From positions 1,244 to 65,243 of the forward strand of contig JAJZCM010000004.1 in NCBI GenBank assembly GCA_021846045.1: DNA of 64,000 nucleotides. Direction: 5' to 3'. The position numbers and the translations under genes are program-made. This DNA comes from a bacterium (GTDB lineage Bacteria > Elusimicrobiota > Elusimicrobia > UBA1565 > UBA9628). Of this stretch, positions 1 to 9,795 are shown piece after piece. The notes under the pieces are model-generated. The model made no database searches. It saw only the letters and a list, made by a program, of their open reading frames with translations, and was not told the origin of the DNA. Each line of letters starts with the position of its first letter. Position 1 is the first letter of the stretch.

Positions 1-199
1 CGAAGTGATTCAGGTTGATTCGGATGAAAATTTGGTTTATTTGCAGGGCTCCGTGCCGGGGCCTCGTGGCGGATTGGTCAGGGTTTTTGAGACGGTAAAA
101 TCCAGGAAGTCTTGGGTTGAACCCGCGAAGTCTGCCGTTAAGAAAGACAAGATGGGCAACATCATTACGGCCAAAAAGCCGACGGCGGCTAAAAAATAG
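1..199 (+). CDS. rplC: 50S ribosomal protein L3, 3' end (partial)
   Basis: DENLVYLQGSVPGPRGGLV matches the L3 C-terminal motif; directly upstream of L4. Confidence 0.93.
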   Translation, partial: EVIQVDSDENLVYLQGSVPGPRGGLVRVFETVKSRKSWVEPAKSAVKKDKMGNIITAKKPTAAKK

Positions 200-247
200 G
201 GTTTGGTGAAATTAGATATGGCGCAGTCAAAACAAAAAGAGACGAAA

Positions 248-868
248 ATGCAAGCTCCTCTTCTAAACATGAAAGGGGAATCAGTGGGCCAGGTTGATCT
301 TCAAGATACTCTTGTCGAGATCAAGCCCTCTAAGGAATTTCTTCACGAGTATGTGACCGTCTATTTGGCGAATCAACGGGAACGCTCGGCGAGCGTAAAA
401 ACTCGCTCCGAGGTTTCCGGCGGCGGTAAAAAACCTTGGAAACAAAAGCATACCGGACGCGCACGCGCGGGTTCTAACCGGTCTCCTTTGTGGCGGCATG
501 GTGGAGTTATTCATGGTCCGAAGTCAGGGCGGATTCATCTGGAATTTCCCAGACAGAAAGCCCGCAAGGCTCTGGCGCATGCCTTGGCGGCCAAATATCA
601 GGAAGGAAAAATTACGTTTTTGGATTCCGTTCAGGTGGAAGATGCCCGCACCCGCGAAATAGTGTCTTTCTTGAAAAAACTGAATTGTTCTCCGCGGACT
701 GTGTTGGTCATGGAAGAGAAAAGCCCCAAGGTTTCCCTCGCTTCCCGTAACATTAAGGAATTTGTCGTCACTCAACCCGAAAATTTAAACGCTTATCGGG
801 TTCTTTCAGCCGAGCGCCTTCTTCTGACGAAAGCGGCGTGGCAAAAATTAAGCGTTGTGGGAAAGTAA
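248..868 (+). CDS. rplD: 50S ribosomal protein L4
   Basis: KTRSEVSGGGKKPWKQKHTGRARAGS motif; start could also be ATG 218. Confidence 0.97.
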   Translation: MQAPLLNMKGESVGQVDLQDTLVEIKPSKEFLHEYVTVYLANQRERSASVKTRSEVSGGGKKPWKQKHTGRARAGSNRSPLWRHGGVIHGPKSGRIHLEFPRQKARKALAHALAAKYQEGKITFLDSVQVEDARTREIVSFLKKLNCSPRTVLVMEEKSPKVSLASRNIKEFVVTQPENLNAYRVLSAERLLLTKAAWQKLSVVGK

Positions 869-871
869 TTT

Positions 872-1162
872 ATGGAAAATTTTTACGGAATTATCGAGCG
901 GCCTATTCGCACCGAGCGTAGTACCATTCTCAAAGATAAATATAATGTTTATGTCTTTCGCGTGAATAAGTCAGCCACAAAACCCGAAATTAAAAAAGCG
1001 GTCGAGGGCCTTTTTCACGTGAATGTTGAGGATGTTCGCACGATGGTTTTCCCGGGCAAGGTTCGTCGCGTCACGAGAAGTGTCGGGCGAAAGTCGGATT
1101 GGAAAAAAGCCGTTGTGCGCGTTAAAGCGGGCCAGTCAATTAAAATCGGAGAGGAAAATTAG
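872..1162 (+). CDS. rplW: 50S ribosomal protein L23
   Basis: ATKPEIKKAVEGLFHV...WKKAVV; operon position. Confidence 0.97.
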   Translation: MENFYGIIERPIRTERSTILKDKYNVYVFRVNKSATKPEIKKAVEGLFHVNVEDVRTMVFPGKVRRVTRSVGRKSDWKKAVVRVKAGQSIKIGEEN

Positions 1163-2008
1163 ATGGGTCTTAAATCTTATAAACCGTATACCCCCTCTCG
1201 TCGCAATATGACGAGCCCGGATTTCGCGGAATTAACGACCGATACTCCGGAGAAAAGTTTATTAAAAAATCTTCGTAAAAAAGGCGGTCGAAATAATACT
1301 GGAATGATCATGGTCCGCCATCAGGGCGGCGGCCACCGCCGTTCCTATCGAATTATTGATTTTAAACGTGAGAAATTCGGCATTCCTGGGCGAGTCGTTT
1401 CCATCGAATATGATCCGAACCGAAGCGCACGGATTTCCTTAATCAATTATGTTGATGGAGAAAAACGCTACATCGTTCATCCCGTTGGTCTTAACGTCGG
1501 CGATACGATCATGAGCGGTCCCGCAGCTGAAATTAAGATCGGAAACGCCCTGCCATTGTCTGGTATTCCGGATGGAACTTTTATTCATAACATCGAGCTT
1601 CAGCCAGGCAGAGGCGCGCAGATGATTCGCTCCGCCGGTTCTCAAGCGCAGTTGATGGCGAAAGATTCCGGTTTTGCCCAGCTCAGAATGCCTTCGGGTG
1701 AAATTCGCAAGGTTCCTGATTCTTGCTTGGCGACGATCGGACAGGTTTCCAATGCCGATCATAATACCATCAGTTTGGGAAAGGCCGGACGCTCTAGGCA
1801 TTTGGGGATTCGTCCTACGGTCAGAGGCGGTGCGATGAACGCGACCGATCACCCCATGGGCGGCGGCCGTGGAAAATCAAAAGGTGGGAACCATCCGAAA
1901 TCTCCTTGGAATCAGTTGGCCAAGGGTTATAAGACGCGCAAGAAAAGCAAGATTTGGGGTTGGATGATTGTGGCGGATCGAAGGCGCGCCAAGCAGGCGA
2001 CGGCGTAG
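1163..2008 (+). CDS. rplB: 50S ribosomal protein L2
   Basis: [35 protein letters not shown]. Confidence 0.98.
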   Translation: MGLKSYKPYTPSRRNMTSPDFAELTTDTPEKSLLKNLRKKGGRNNTGMIMVRHQGGGHRRSYRIIDFKREKFGIPGRVVSIEYDPNRSARISLINYVDGEKRYIVHPVGLNVGDTIMSGPAAEIKIGNALPLSGIPDGTFIHNIELQPGRGAQMIRSAGSQAQLMAKDSGFAQLRMPSGEIRKVPDSCLATIGQVSNADHNTISLGKAGRSRHLGIRPTVRGGAMNATDHPMGGGRGKSKGGNHPKSPWNQLAKGYKTRKKSKIWGWMIVADRRRAKQATA

Positions 2009-2036
2009 TTCAATTTGACGAGGTTAAGAGAAAAAT

Positions 2037-2321
2037 ATGAGTCGATCGACTAAGAAAGGTCCGTATATAGACGCTAAATTACTTAAAAAAGTGCAGAAGA
2101 TGAACGCTGTCGGGGATAAGAAGATGATTAAAACCTGGGCGCGGGCTTGTGCGATTCCGCCTGAATTTGTCGGGCATACTTTCGGCGTCCATAATGGGCG
2201 CAAATTTTTACCGGTCTACGTGACCGAACAAATGGTCGGCCACCGCTTGGGAGAATTTTCGTTTACGAGATTCTTCAGGTCCCATGGCGGTATGCATAAA
2301 GAAGCGACGGCTCTTACTTAA
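2037..2321 (+). CDS. rpsS: 30S ribosomal protein S19
   Basis: [10 protein letters not shown]...KTWAR...HNGRKF...MVGHRLGEF. Confidence 0.98.
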   Translation: MSRSTKKGPYIDAKLLKKVQKMNAVGDKKMIKTWARACAIPPEFVGHTFGVHNGRKFLPVYVTEQMVGHRLGEFSFTRFFRSHGGMHKEATALT

Positions 2322-2325
2322 TAAC

Positions 2326-2703
2326 ATGGAAGCTACAGCATACGGACGTTTTCAAAGATACGGGGCGCGGAAAGTCAACCAAGTCCTTGATGAGATTCGA
2401 GGGAAGGCAGTGCTTGAGGCGGAAGAAATTTTGCCGAGCATCCCGCGTATTTCCGGAAAAATGGTCGCGCATGTGGTGAAATCCGCCGCAGCCAATCTCG
2501 CAACCAAGGCGGCCAAGCAAGGCAAGCCCTTGGTTCCGGAGAAAGTTTATATTAAATCTTGTTGGGCGACTATCGGGCCCTTGGGTTCCATGAGACGCGT
2601 CAACCCAGGCCCGCAAGGACGCGCGATGACCTTGCACCGCAAGATTTGTCATGTCACGATTGTCGTTTCAGACTCCTATCAGGAGTCGGGAAAAGGGAAA
2701 TAA
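2326..2703 (+). CDS. rplV: 50S ribosomal protein L22 (divergent beta-hairpin)
   Basis: Between S19 and S3; ARKVNQVLDEIRGK, KSAAAN, GRA..HVTIVV. Confidence 0.93.
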   Translation: MEATAYGRFQRYGARKVNQVLDEIRGKAVLEAEEILPSIPRISGKMVAHVVKSAAANLATKAAKQGKPLVPEKVYIKSCWATIGPLGSMRRVNPGPQGRAMTLHRKICHVTIVVSDSYQESGKGK

Positions 2704-2704
2704 T

Positions 2705-3475
2705 ATGGGAAATAAAACTCATCCTAACGCGATGCGTTTGGGCTACATCCATGATTGGGAATCGCGTTGGTTTTCCTTGAAAGAAATGCCCGCCTTGATC
2801 GGAGAAGATCACCGGATTCGTCTGTTGGTTAAGCAGACCTTTCGCCACGCGGCGGTCAGCGCGATCGCCATTGAGCGCGCGGGAACTTATTTGAGAGTTA
2901 ATGTTCATACCGCGCGGCCTGGAATCGTCATCGGCAAAAAAGGCGCTGATATCGAGTCTGTCCGCAAACAAATTGAAGACATGACCGGCCGCAAAACTTT
3001 TATCAACGTGATCGAAATTAAAGAGCCGGAGTTAGATTCTCGCTTGGTTGCCGAGGCGATTGCCGCTCAGATCGAGAAACGCGCGGCCTATCGTCGCGTG
3101 ATGAGACGCGCCATGGAGCGGACAATGCAGGCCGGAGCCTTGGGAATCAAGGTTATGGTTGGTGGACGCTTAAACGGCTCGGAAATTGCCCGTAGAGAAT
3201 GGGCGCGCGAGGGACGAGTTCCTTTGCATGTTTTCTCGGCCGATATTGATTATGGCTCGGCCGAAGCGATGACGACCGCTGGTCTCATCGGAGTTAAAGT
3301 TTGGATTTTCCGCAAGCAGCTTTTCGTCAAAAGTCCAAAAGAGCTTCTTCTTTTGGCGAAGAAAGATCAAAACGTGACGGCAGTTGTGGCGCCGACTGGC
3401 ATCCAGCCTGTCGCGGCTTCCGCTCCCAAAGAGGCGGCAACTGAGATTGTTAAAGGTTCTGCGGGGATCGAATAG
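2705..3475 (+). CDS. rpsC: 30S ribosomal protein S3
   Basis: MGNKTHPNAMRLG, RPGIVIGKKG, GRLNGSEIAR, GVKVWI. Confidence 0.98.
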   Translation: MGNKTHPNAMRLGYIHDWESRWFSLKEMPALIGEDHRIRLLVKQTFRHAAVSAIAIERAGTYLRVNVHTARPGIVIGKKGADIESVRKQIEDMTGRKTFINVIEIKEPELDSRLVAEAIAAQIEKRAAYRRVMRRAMERTMQAGALGIKVMVGGRLNGSEIARREWAREGRVPLHVFSADIDYGSAEAMTTAGLIGVKVWIFRKQLFVKSPKELLLLAKKDQNVTAVVAPTGIQPVAASAPKEAATEIVKGSAGIE

Positions 3476-3484
3476 GGGAATTTT

Positions 3485-3901
3485 ATGTTGATGCCTAAAC
3501 GCGTTAAATACAGAAAGCCGCACAGCCATCCCCGCATTAAGGGCTTGGCCAAGCGCGGCACCGAGATTTCTTTCGGAGAATTTGGGCTTAAGGCTTTGGA
3601 ACCGAAATGGGTGACGGCGCGCCAGATTGAATCAGCTCGCGTCGCCATCGGTCGCTACCTTAAAAAAGGCGGTAAGCTTTGGGTCCGCGTTTTCCCGGAC
3701 AAAGCAGTGACGAAACATCCGGCCGAGACCCGCATGGGAAAAGGAAAAGGCGCCCCTGATCATTGGGTTTGCGTGGTTAAGCCGGGACGAGTTCTTTTTG
3801 AGTTGGAAGGAATTCCTCAAGAAGAGGCGGAAAAGGCGTTTGGTTCCGCTTCATACAAGCTTCCGATCAAGACCAAGGTAGTTGTTCGAGAGCACGTCTA
3901 A
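3485..3901 (+). CDS. rplP: 50S ribosomal protein L16
   Basis: [26 protein letters not shown]. Confidence 0.98.
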   Translation: MLMPKRVKYRKPHSHPRIKGLAKRGTEISFGEFGLKALEPKWVTARQIESARVAIGRYLKKGGKLWVRVFPDKAVTKHPAETRMGKGKGAPDHWVCVVKPGRVLFELEGIPQEEAEKAFGSASYKLPIKTKVVVREHV

Positions 3902-3916
3902 TCTAAAGGTTTTAAA

Positions 3917-4129
3917 ATGAAGACAAAAGAACGAGAAGCGAAGAAAAGTTTGACCGTGGCGGAGTTGGAGCAGGAGCTTCGGCAAACGAAAGAAAAGTTG
4001 GCAAATCTTTCTTGGAAACATTCTTTAAGTCCGTTGGATAATCCGATGGAATTGAGAAATTTGAGGCGCTATATCGCCCAGATTAATACTTGGATTTCCA
4101 ATAAGAAGGTGGGTACTCATGGCGCTTGA
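3917..4129 (+). CDS. rpmC: 50S ribosomal protein L29
   Basis: 70 aa, LDNPMELRNLRRYIAQINT; position between L16 and S17. Confidence 0.93.
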   Translation: MKTKEREAKKSLTVAELEQELRQTKEKLANLSWKHSLSPLDNPMELRNLRRYIAQINTWISNKKVGTHGA

Positions 4130-4451
4130 ATCATCCGTTGAAAATTCCAGATCGGCGAGGAAAGTTTTTGAAGGCTTTGTGGTTTCCGACAAAATGACCA
4201 AGACGCGGGTTGTTTCGGTCCAACGTTTGTCCAAACACAGAGTTTATGAAAAGGTCATGAAAAAAAATTCTCGCTTTGTCGTTCATGATGAAGAAGGGGC
4301 TTCGAAATTGGGAGATTTAGTCGAAGTGATGAGTTGCCGTCCCATTTCTAAAACGAAGCGCTGGCGTTTGGTGCGAATCGTTAAAAAAGCTACCGCAGCC
4401 TATGTCGCAACCAATAAGAAAGAAGCTCAAGTAGGAGGCATTGCGGGATGA
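4119..4451 (+). CDS. rpsQ: 30S ribosomal protein S17
   Basis: [24 protein letters not shown]. Confidence 0.97.
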   Translation: MALESSVENSRSARKVFEGFVVSDKMTKTRVVSVQRLSKHRVYEKVMKKNSRFVVHDEEGASKLGDLVEVMSCRPISKTKRWRLVRIVKKATAAYVATNKKEAQVGGIAG

Positions 4452-4816
4452 TTCAGTTGCGCTCTATTTTGAATGTCGCCGATAATTCCGGCGCGAAGAA
4501 GTTGCAGTGTTTTCATGTGATGGGCGGATCCTACCGCCGTTATGCCGGGGTCGGAGATATTATCGTCTGTAGCGTCAGAGACGCTATTCCGCACGGCGCG
4601 ATTAAAAAAGGGGAAGTCGTCAAGGCGGTCGTGGTAAGAGTTGTCAGAAATTCACGTCGTGCGGACGGTTCTTATGTCCGTTTTGATGAAAATGCCGCTT
4701 GCTTAATTGATGATAAAAACGAGCCCAAGGGAACGCGCGTTTTCGGCCCCGTGGCGCGGGAACTTCGCGATAAAGAGTTTTTGAAAATCATCTCTCTCGC
4801 TCCGGAGGTGATCTAA
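4448..4816 (+). CDS. rplN: 50S ribosomal protein L14
   Basis: [30 protein letters not shown]. Confidence 0.98.
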   Translation: MIQLRSILNVADNSGAKKLQCFHVMGGSYRRYAGVGDIIVCSVRDAIPHGAIKKGEVVKAVVVRVVRNSRRADGSYVRFDENAACLIDDKNEPKGTRVFGPVARELRDKEFLKIISLAPEVI

Positions 4817-4817
4817 G

Positions 4818-5129
4818 ATGCTTAAAATCCGAAAGAAAGACAAAGTGATGGTCATGTCGGGCAAGGATAAAGGAAAGATCGGCGAAATCGTCAAGGTTTT
4901 TCCCGATAAGATGAGGGTTTTGGTTTCTCAGGTCAATATCGTTTCTAAACATAAGAAGGGAACGCAGACCGACCCAGGTGGGATCCAGAAATATGAGGCT
5001 CCCATTTCTTATTCCAAGGTCATGCTGATGTGCCCAAAATGCGAGAAGCCGTCCCGCGTGGGGCTTGAGCGTCTTCCGAGCGGCGACAACGTCCGGATTT
5101 GTCGTCGTTGCGAACAACAGATTGAATAA
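4818..5129 (+). CDS. rplX: 50S ribosomal protein L24
   Basis: KOW motif KDKVMVMSGKDKGKIG; C-terminal CPKC/CRRC. Confidence 0.97.
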   Translation: MLKIRKKDKVMVMSGKDKGKIGEIVKVFPDKMRVLVSQVNIVSKHKKGTQTDPGGIQKYEAPISYSKVMLMCPKCEKPSRVGLERLPSGDNVRICRRCEQQIE

Positions 5130-5143
5130 CCGAGAAATAGAAC

Positions 5144-5872
5144 ATGGCTACGATAGAAAAAAATAAAACCGAAAAACCTGGGCAGGCGCGTGCGCCTAAA
5201 CAAGCCCATGGCGGAAAGCCGGCCGCTGTTGTTTCTTCCATCGTCGTTTCCGATGGGAAAGAAACTCCGCACCCTAAACCGCGCTTGAAAAAATATTACG
5301 AAGAAGAGTTGCTTCAGGGGCTCATGGAAAAGTGGAATCTTAAAAATCCATTTCAAGTTCCCCGGTTGGTCAAGATTGTCATCAATATGGGCGTGTCTCG
5401 CGCGCGGGAAAATGTTCAGGCTCTTGACTCCGCTCGTGAGGAGTTGGCTCTGATGGTCGGGCAATGGCCGCAGGTGAGAAAATCAAAAAAATCCATCTCT
5501 AACTTTAAATTGAGAGAAGGAATGCCTATAGGCTTGCGCGTGACGTTGAGAGGCGATCGGATGTGGGAGTTCTTGGACCGGATGATCACTATCGCCATTC
5601 CTCGTATCCGTGACTTCCGCGGACTAGAACTCAAAGGATTTGACAGGCGGGGAAATTACAATCTCGGCCTCAGAGACCAGACGATATTTCCTGAAATCAA
5701 CATGGAAAAATCGGTAGGCCAGCAGGGAATGAATATTTCAATCGTTACCTCCGCGGGGCGTGATGACCGCAGTTTGGAATTTTTGACCGCCCTAGGCTTT
5801 CCGTTTAAGAAGCCGCAAAATTCCGCCCAAGGAAAGGCCGGGGTTTTGGTCGCGGCTGGAAAGGAGAAATAG
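5144..5872 (+). CDS. rplE: 50S ribosomal protein L5 with N-terminal extension
   Basis: PRLVKIVINMGV, SISNFKLREG, GNYNLG. Confidence 0.97.
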   Translation: MATIEKNKTEKPGQARAPKQAHGGKPAAVVSSIVVSDGKETPHPKPRLKKYYEEELLQGLMEKWNLKNPFQVPRLVKIVINMGVSRARENVQALDSAREELALMVGQWPQVRKSKKSISNFKLREGMPIGLRVTLRGDRMWEFLDRMITIAIPRIRDFRGLELKGFDRRGNYNLGLRDQTIFPEINMEKSVGQQGMNISIVTSAGRDDRSLEFLTALGFPFKKPQNSAQGKAGVLVAAGKEK

Positions 5873-5875
5873 AAG

Positions 5876-6061
5876 ATGGCTACAACAGCCTGGGTCGCCA
5901 AATTAAGAAAACCTCAAAAATTTTCTACGCGTTATAGAAATCGTTGTCAGATTTGCGGACGCCCAAGGGCGTATTACCGCGATTTCGGCTTATGTCGAAT
6001 TTGTTTAAGAAATATGGCTCACCGGGGGCTAATCCCGGGAGTTAAAAAATCTTCATGGTAG
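5876..6061 (+). CDS. rpsN: 30S ribosomal protein S14, Zn-binding type
   Basis: [21 protein letters not shown]...GVKKSSW. Confidence 0.97.
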   Translation: MATTAWVAKLRKPQKFSTRYRNRCQICGRPRAYYRDFGLCRICLRNMAHRGLIPGVKKSSW

Positions 6062-6067
6062 GATAAA

Positions 6068-6466
6068 ATGGACCCTATTGCTAATCTATTGACTGGAATT
6101 CGCAACGCTAACTCCCGGATGAAAGACCGGGTCGATGTTCCTTATTCTAAAATCAAGTTTGAAATCGTCAAACTGCTGAAAGACGAGGGCTTCATCGCGA
6201 ATTATAAATCTTTGTATCCCGCCGGGGTTAAATACGGAATTCTGCGGGTTTTTTTGAAATATTCTCCGACGAAGGAAGCCGCTATTAGAGGGCTTAAGCG
6301 TGTTTCTAAGCCGGGCTTGCGGGTCTACCGCTCTTATCGTCAGTTGCCGATGAAAAACCCTCATGGGATGTCAATCAGCATTTTGTCTACCCCTCAAGGC
6401 TTCTTGACCGAAAGGCAGGCGATTGAGAAAAAAATCGGCGGAGAAGTTCTCTGCCAGGTTTGGTAA
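6068..6466 (+). CDS. rpsH: 30S ribosomal protein S8
   Basis: MDPIANLLTGIRNA, RVSKPGLRVY, GGEVLCQVW. Confidence 0.98.
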   Translation: MDPIANLLTGIRNANSRMKDRVDVPYSKIKFEIVKLLKDEGFIANYKSLYPAGVKYGILRVFLKYSPTKEAAIRGLKRVSKPGLRVYRSYRQLPMKNPHGMSISILSTPQGFLTERQAIEKKIGGEVLCQVW

Positions 6467-6472
6467 AATATC

Positions 6473-7045
6473 ATGAGTAGAATTGGAAAGCAACCGGTTG
6501 TTATCCCCTCGGGCGTTCAGGTTTCCATCGCCAATGGCCAGATTAACGTCAGAGGCCCCAAGGGTGAATTAAAAGAGCCTCTCCATTCTTTTGTCAGCGC
6601 CGAGGTTAAGGATGGTCAAGTCGTTTTAAGCGCGGACTTGTCGAAGCAGAAAGAAGTTTCCGCCATCTATGGCTTGTCTCGCGCCCGGGTTCAAAACATG
6701 GTCCTGGGGGTTTCAAACGGCTTCAGCAAAGTTTTGGACATTGTGGGGTTGGGATTCCGTGCGGAAGTGGCGGGGCAAAAACTGACGCTGGCGATCGGAA
6801 AATCGCACCCTGTTATTTTTGAGGCTCCCAAAGGAGTGACGTTGGGCGTTGATCCTAAAAAAACCCAGATTACGGTCAGTGGAATCAGCAAAGAACTCGT
6901 TGGAGAGATTGCCGCTAAGATTCGCGGTTTAAGAGAGCCCGAGCCCTATAAAGGGACCGGAATTCGCTATCAAGGCGAACATATTCGCAGAAAGGCCGGA
7001 AAGACGGCGGCTGGAGCTGGCGCTGCCGGCGGGGCCAAGAAGTAG
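6473..7045 (+). CDS. rplF: 50S ribosomal protein L6
   Basis: MSRIGKQPV, GPKGEL, PEPYKGTGIRY. Confidence 0.98.
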   Translation: MSRIGKQPVVIPSGVQVSIANGQINVRGPKGELKEPLHSFVSAEVKDGQVVLSADLSKQKEVSAIYGLSRARVQNMVLGVSNGFSKVLDIVGLGFRAEVAGQKLTLAIGKSHPVIFEAPKGVTLGVDPKKTQITVSGISKELVGEIAAKIRGLREPEPYKGTGIRYQGEHIRRKAGKTAAGAGAAGGAKK

Positions 7046-7054
7046 GAGATAGGA

Positions 7055-7420
7055 ATGAAGGATAAAAAAGTTCGTTTTGAATTCAGAAAAGAAAGAACGC
7101 GCAGAGCCTTGGCCCAATTCTCTTCGGACCGGCCGAGACTTAGCGTTCACCGGAGTTTGCGCCATATTTATGCTCAGGTGATCGACGATTCTAAGGGAGT
7201 GACCGTCGCATCGGTCTCTTCTTTATCCAAGGAGATTCACCAGAAATTTCCGAAATCTGCGAAAAATAAGGAAGCGGCCCAGGCCGTGGGAATGTTAATC
7301 GCCAAAAAAACCGTAGAAGCGGGAGTTAAAAAAGTCGCTTTTGACCGAGGCGGTCACGTCTATCATGGACGTTTGAAAGCCTTGGCCGATTCCGCTCGCG
7401 CCAACGGGCTTGAATTTTAG
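7055..7420 (+). CDS. rplR: 50S ribosomal protein L18
   Basis: [31 protein letters not shown]. Confidence 0.98.
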   Translation: MKDKKVRFEFRKERTRRALAQFSSDRPRLSVHRSLRHIYAQVIDDSKGVTVASVSSLSKEIHQKFPKSAKNKEAAQAVGMLIAKKTVEAGVKKVAFDRGGHVYHGRLKALADSARANGLEF

Positions 7421-7430
7421 AGAGGATTGA

Positions 7431-8012
7431 ATGACTGAAACCGCATCCGTTCCAGAGAAACAAGAGAAAAAATCCACGGCTCCCGGAGAACATTCTGGTC
7501 CCGCTACCCGCGGCCCTCGGGGTCCGCGCGTGAACGCGCCAAGACTTCCCGGTGAGTTAGTGGAGAATGTTGTAGCGATCAATCGCGTCGCCAAAGTGGT
7601 CAAGGGTGGAAAAAGATTTTCTTTTAGCGCCTTGGTGATTGTTGGAGATGGAGAAGGCACGGTGGGTTTCGGCCTTGGTAAAGCAAAAGATGTTCAGTCT
7701 TCGATTCAAAAAGGGCAGATGCAAGCGAAAAAAGAAGTCTTTAAATTTCCCTTGGTCAACGGCACTATTCCTCATGAGGTCATTGCTAAGTTCGGTTCGG
7801 GTAAAGTTTGGATGAAACCCGCCGCCCCTGGCACCGGCGTTATCGCGGGTGGAGCAGTTCGCTCGGTTTTGGAAGCGGCTGGGGTTAAAAACATTCTAAC
7901 CAAGAGTTTGGGATCTTCGAATCCTTTTAATGTAATTGAAGCAACGTTGCAGTGTTTGCGTCTTTTGAGAACCAGGGAAGCGGTTTTAAAGTTGCGTGGG
8001 AGGGAAAAATGA
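7431..8012 (+). CDS. rpsE: 30S ribosomal protein S5
   Basis: [32 protein letters not shown]. Confidence 0.98.
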   Translation: MTETASVPEKQEKKSTAPGEHSGPATRGPRGPRVNAPRLPGELVENVVAINRVAKVVKGGKRFSFSALVIVGDGEGTVGFGLGKAKDVQSSIQKGQMQAKKEVFKFPLVNGTIPHEVIAKFGSGKVWMKPAAPGTGVIAGGAVRSVLEAAGVKNILTKSLGSSNPFNVIEATLQCLRLLRTREAVLKLRGREK

Positions 8013-8458
8013 ATTTAACTTCGTTGTCGCCGCGCGCAGGATCCCGGCGCAAAAGGACCCGCATAGGTCTGGGCGAAGGTTCCGGACACGGCCAGACAGC
8101 TACAAAGGGCCAAAAAGGGCAGCGTTCCCGGTCTGGAGATGGAAAAATGTCCGGCTTCGAGGGAGGGCAGACGCCGCTACTTAGGCGCGTGCCGAAATAC
8201 GGTTTCAGCAATGCAGCTTTTACCAAACGCTATCAAATTGTCTCTTTAACCGACATTGAGCGCGTTTTTAAAAATCAAAAAGAGGTTACGTTAGAATCTC
8301 TAAAAATGCACGGCCTTACCTCTTCTAAGCTTCCCGTTAAAATTTTGGGCGGTAAAGTGGGAATTAAAAACCCTTATAAAATTTCGGTCCACGCGTTTTC
8401 CGCCTCTTCTCGCGAGCAAATAGAGAAAGCGGGTGGGACTGCTGTGGTCATCGGGTAA
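8009..8458 (+). CDS. rplO: 50S ribosomal protein L15
   Basis: [27 protein letters not shown]; ATG overlaps the rpsE stop. Confidence 0.97.
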   Translation: MNLTSLSPRAGSRRKRTRIGLGEGSGHGQTATKGQKGQRSRSGDGKMSGFEGGQTPLLRRVPKYGFSNAAFTKRYQIVSLTDIERVFKNQKEVTLESLKMHGLTSSKLPVKILGGKVGIKNPYKISVHAFSASSREQIEKAGGTAVVIG

Positions 8459-9795
8459 TGGCTCAAAGTCTCACCGAACTCGTCGAATCTCCGGATTTAA
8501 GGCGAAAGCTCCTCTACACTCTCGGGGCGCTCGCCGTTTACCGTGTTGGCGCGGCTATTCCGATTCCCGGAATCAACGCGGACGCGCTCAAATCTATTTT
8601 TAATTCCCAACGCGGCGGACTTTTGGGATTCATTAATATTTTTTCCGGCGGAGCCTTAAGGCGTTTTTCGATTTTTTCGATGGGGGTTATGCCCTACATC
8701 AACGCTTCCATCATCATGAGCCTTTTACAGGGCGCTCATGTTTTGCCGCATTTGGATCGCCTTTACAAAGAAGGGGAACTGGGGCGTCGAAAACTTAATT
8801 CCTATACCCGTTATTTGACCTTGGTTTTGGCCGCTTTTCAATCTTTCGGCTTGACTCTGGCCATATCGAAGATGCCGACGCCAGGAAATATTCCTGTCAT
8901 CTCAAATCCTTCGTGGGGGTTTTACATTTTGACCGTTCTTACTCTGACTTCCGGTTCAATTTTCGTTATGTGGTTGGGAGAGCAGGTGACCGAAATCGGA
9001 ATTGGAAACGGAGTTTCCTTGATCATTTTTGCCGGTATCGTGGGACGAATCCCTAGCGCGATCATGAATATGATTCGCTTGGTTCAGGCGGAAGTGATGG
9101 GGCTTTTGCCGGCTTTGTTGATTCTTGCTTCTATCTTGGTTGTGACCGTTTTAGTCGTGTGGGTTGAAACCGCTCAAAGAAAAATTCCGGTTCAGTACGC
9201 CAAAAGAGTAGTAGGAAGAAAAATGTACGGCGGATCCCAGAGCTATTTGCCGCTTAAAGTTGACCAGTCGGGAGTTATCGCGGTCATCTTCGCCGTTTCC
9301 TTGCTGGCTGTTCCGATTACGGTGGCCAGTTTTGCCCCGCAATCGACCTGGGCTCAAAAAATGCTCCATTTCTGGGGAACGGGTAGCTGGATTTATCAAC
9401 TGGTTTATGCCGCTTTGATTATTTTCTTCTGTTATTTTTATAACTCTGTTTCCTTTAATCCAACAGATTTGGCCGATAATATGAGAAAATCCGGCGGATT
9501 TATTCCCGGATACCGTCCTGGAGATTCAACCGCCAAATACATTGAATGGGTTTTGGAGAGAATTACCTTGGGGGGAGCGCTGTTTGTTGCGGCTATCGCC
9601 GTTCTTCCTGACTGGTTGCGCACGGGATTTAATGTTCCGTTTTATTTTGGCGGCACGGCGCTGTTGATCGTTGTCGGCGTTGCGTTGGACACGATGGGGC
9701 AATTGGAAGCGCAATTAATCATGCGGCACTATGAGGGTTTTTTAAAGAAAAGCCGCTTGAGGCAACGCTGGTTTAACGTGGGGAGCAGTTCATGA
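8458..9795 (+). CDS. secY: Preprotein translocase subunit SecY
   Basis: SIFSMGVMPYINASII, GIGNGVSLIIF, FIPGYRPG, GGTALLIVVGV. Confidence 0.98.
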   Translation: MAQSLTELVESPDLRRKLLYTLGALAVYRVGAAIPIPGINADALKSIFNSQRGGLLGFINIFSGGALRRFSIFSMGVMPYINASIIMSLLQGAHVLPHLDRLYKEGELGRRKLNSYTRYLTLVLAAFQSFGLTLAISKMPTPGNIPVISNPSWGFYILTVLTLTSGSIFVMWLGEQVTEIGIGNGVSLIIFAGIVGRIPSAIMNMIRLVQAEVMGLLPALLILASILVVTVLVVWVETAQRKIPVQYAKRVVGRKMYGGSQSYLPLKVDQSGVIAVIFAVSLLAVPITVASFAPQSTWAQKMLHFWGTGSWIYQLVYAALIIFFCYFYNSVSFNPTDLADNMRKSGGFIPGYRPGDSTAKYIEWVLERITLGGALFVAAIAVLPDWLRTGFNVPFYFGGTALLIVVGVALDTMGQLEAQLIMRHYEGFLKKSRLRQRWFNVGSSS

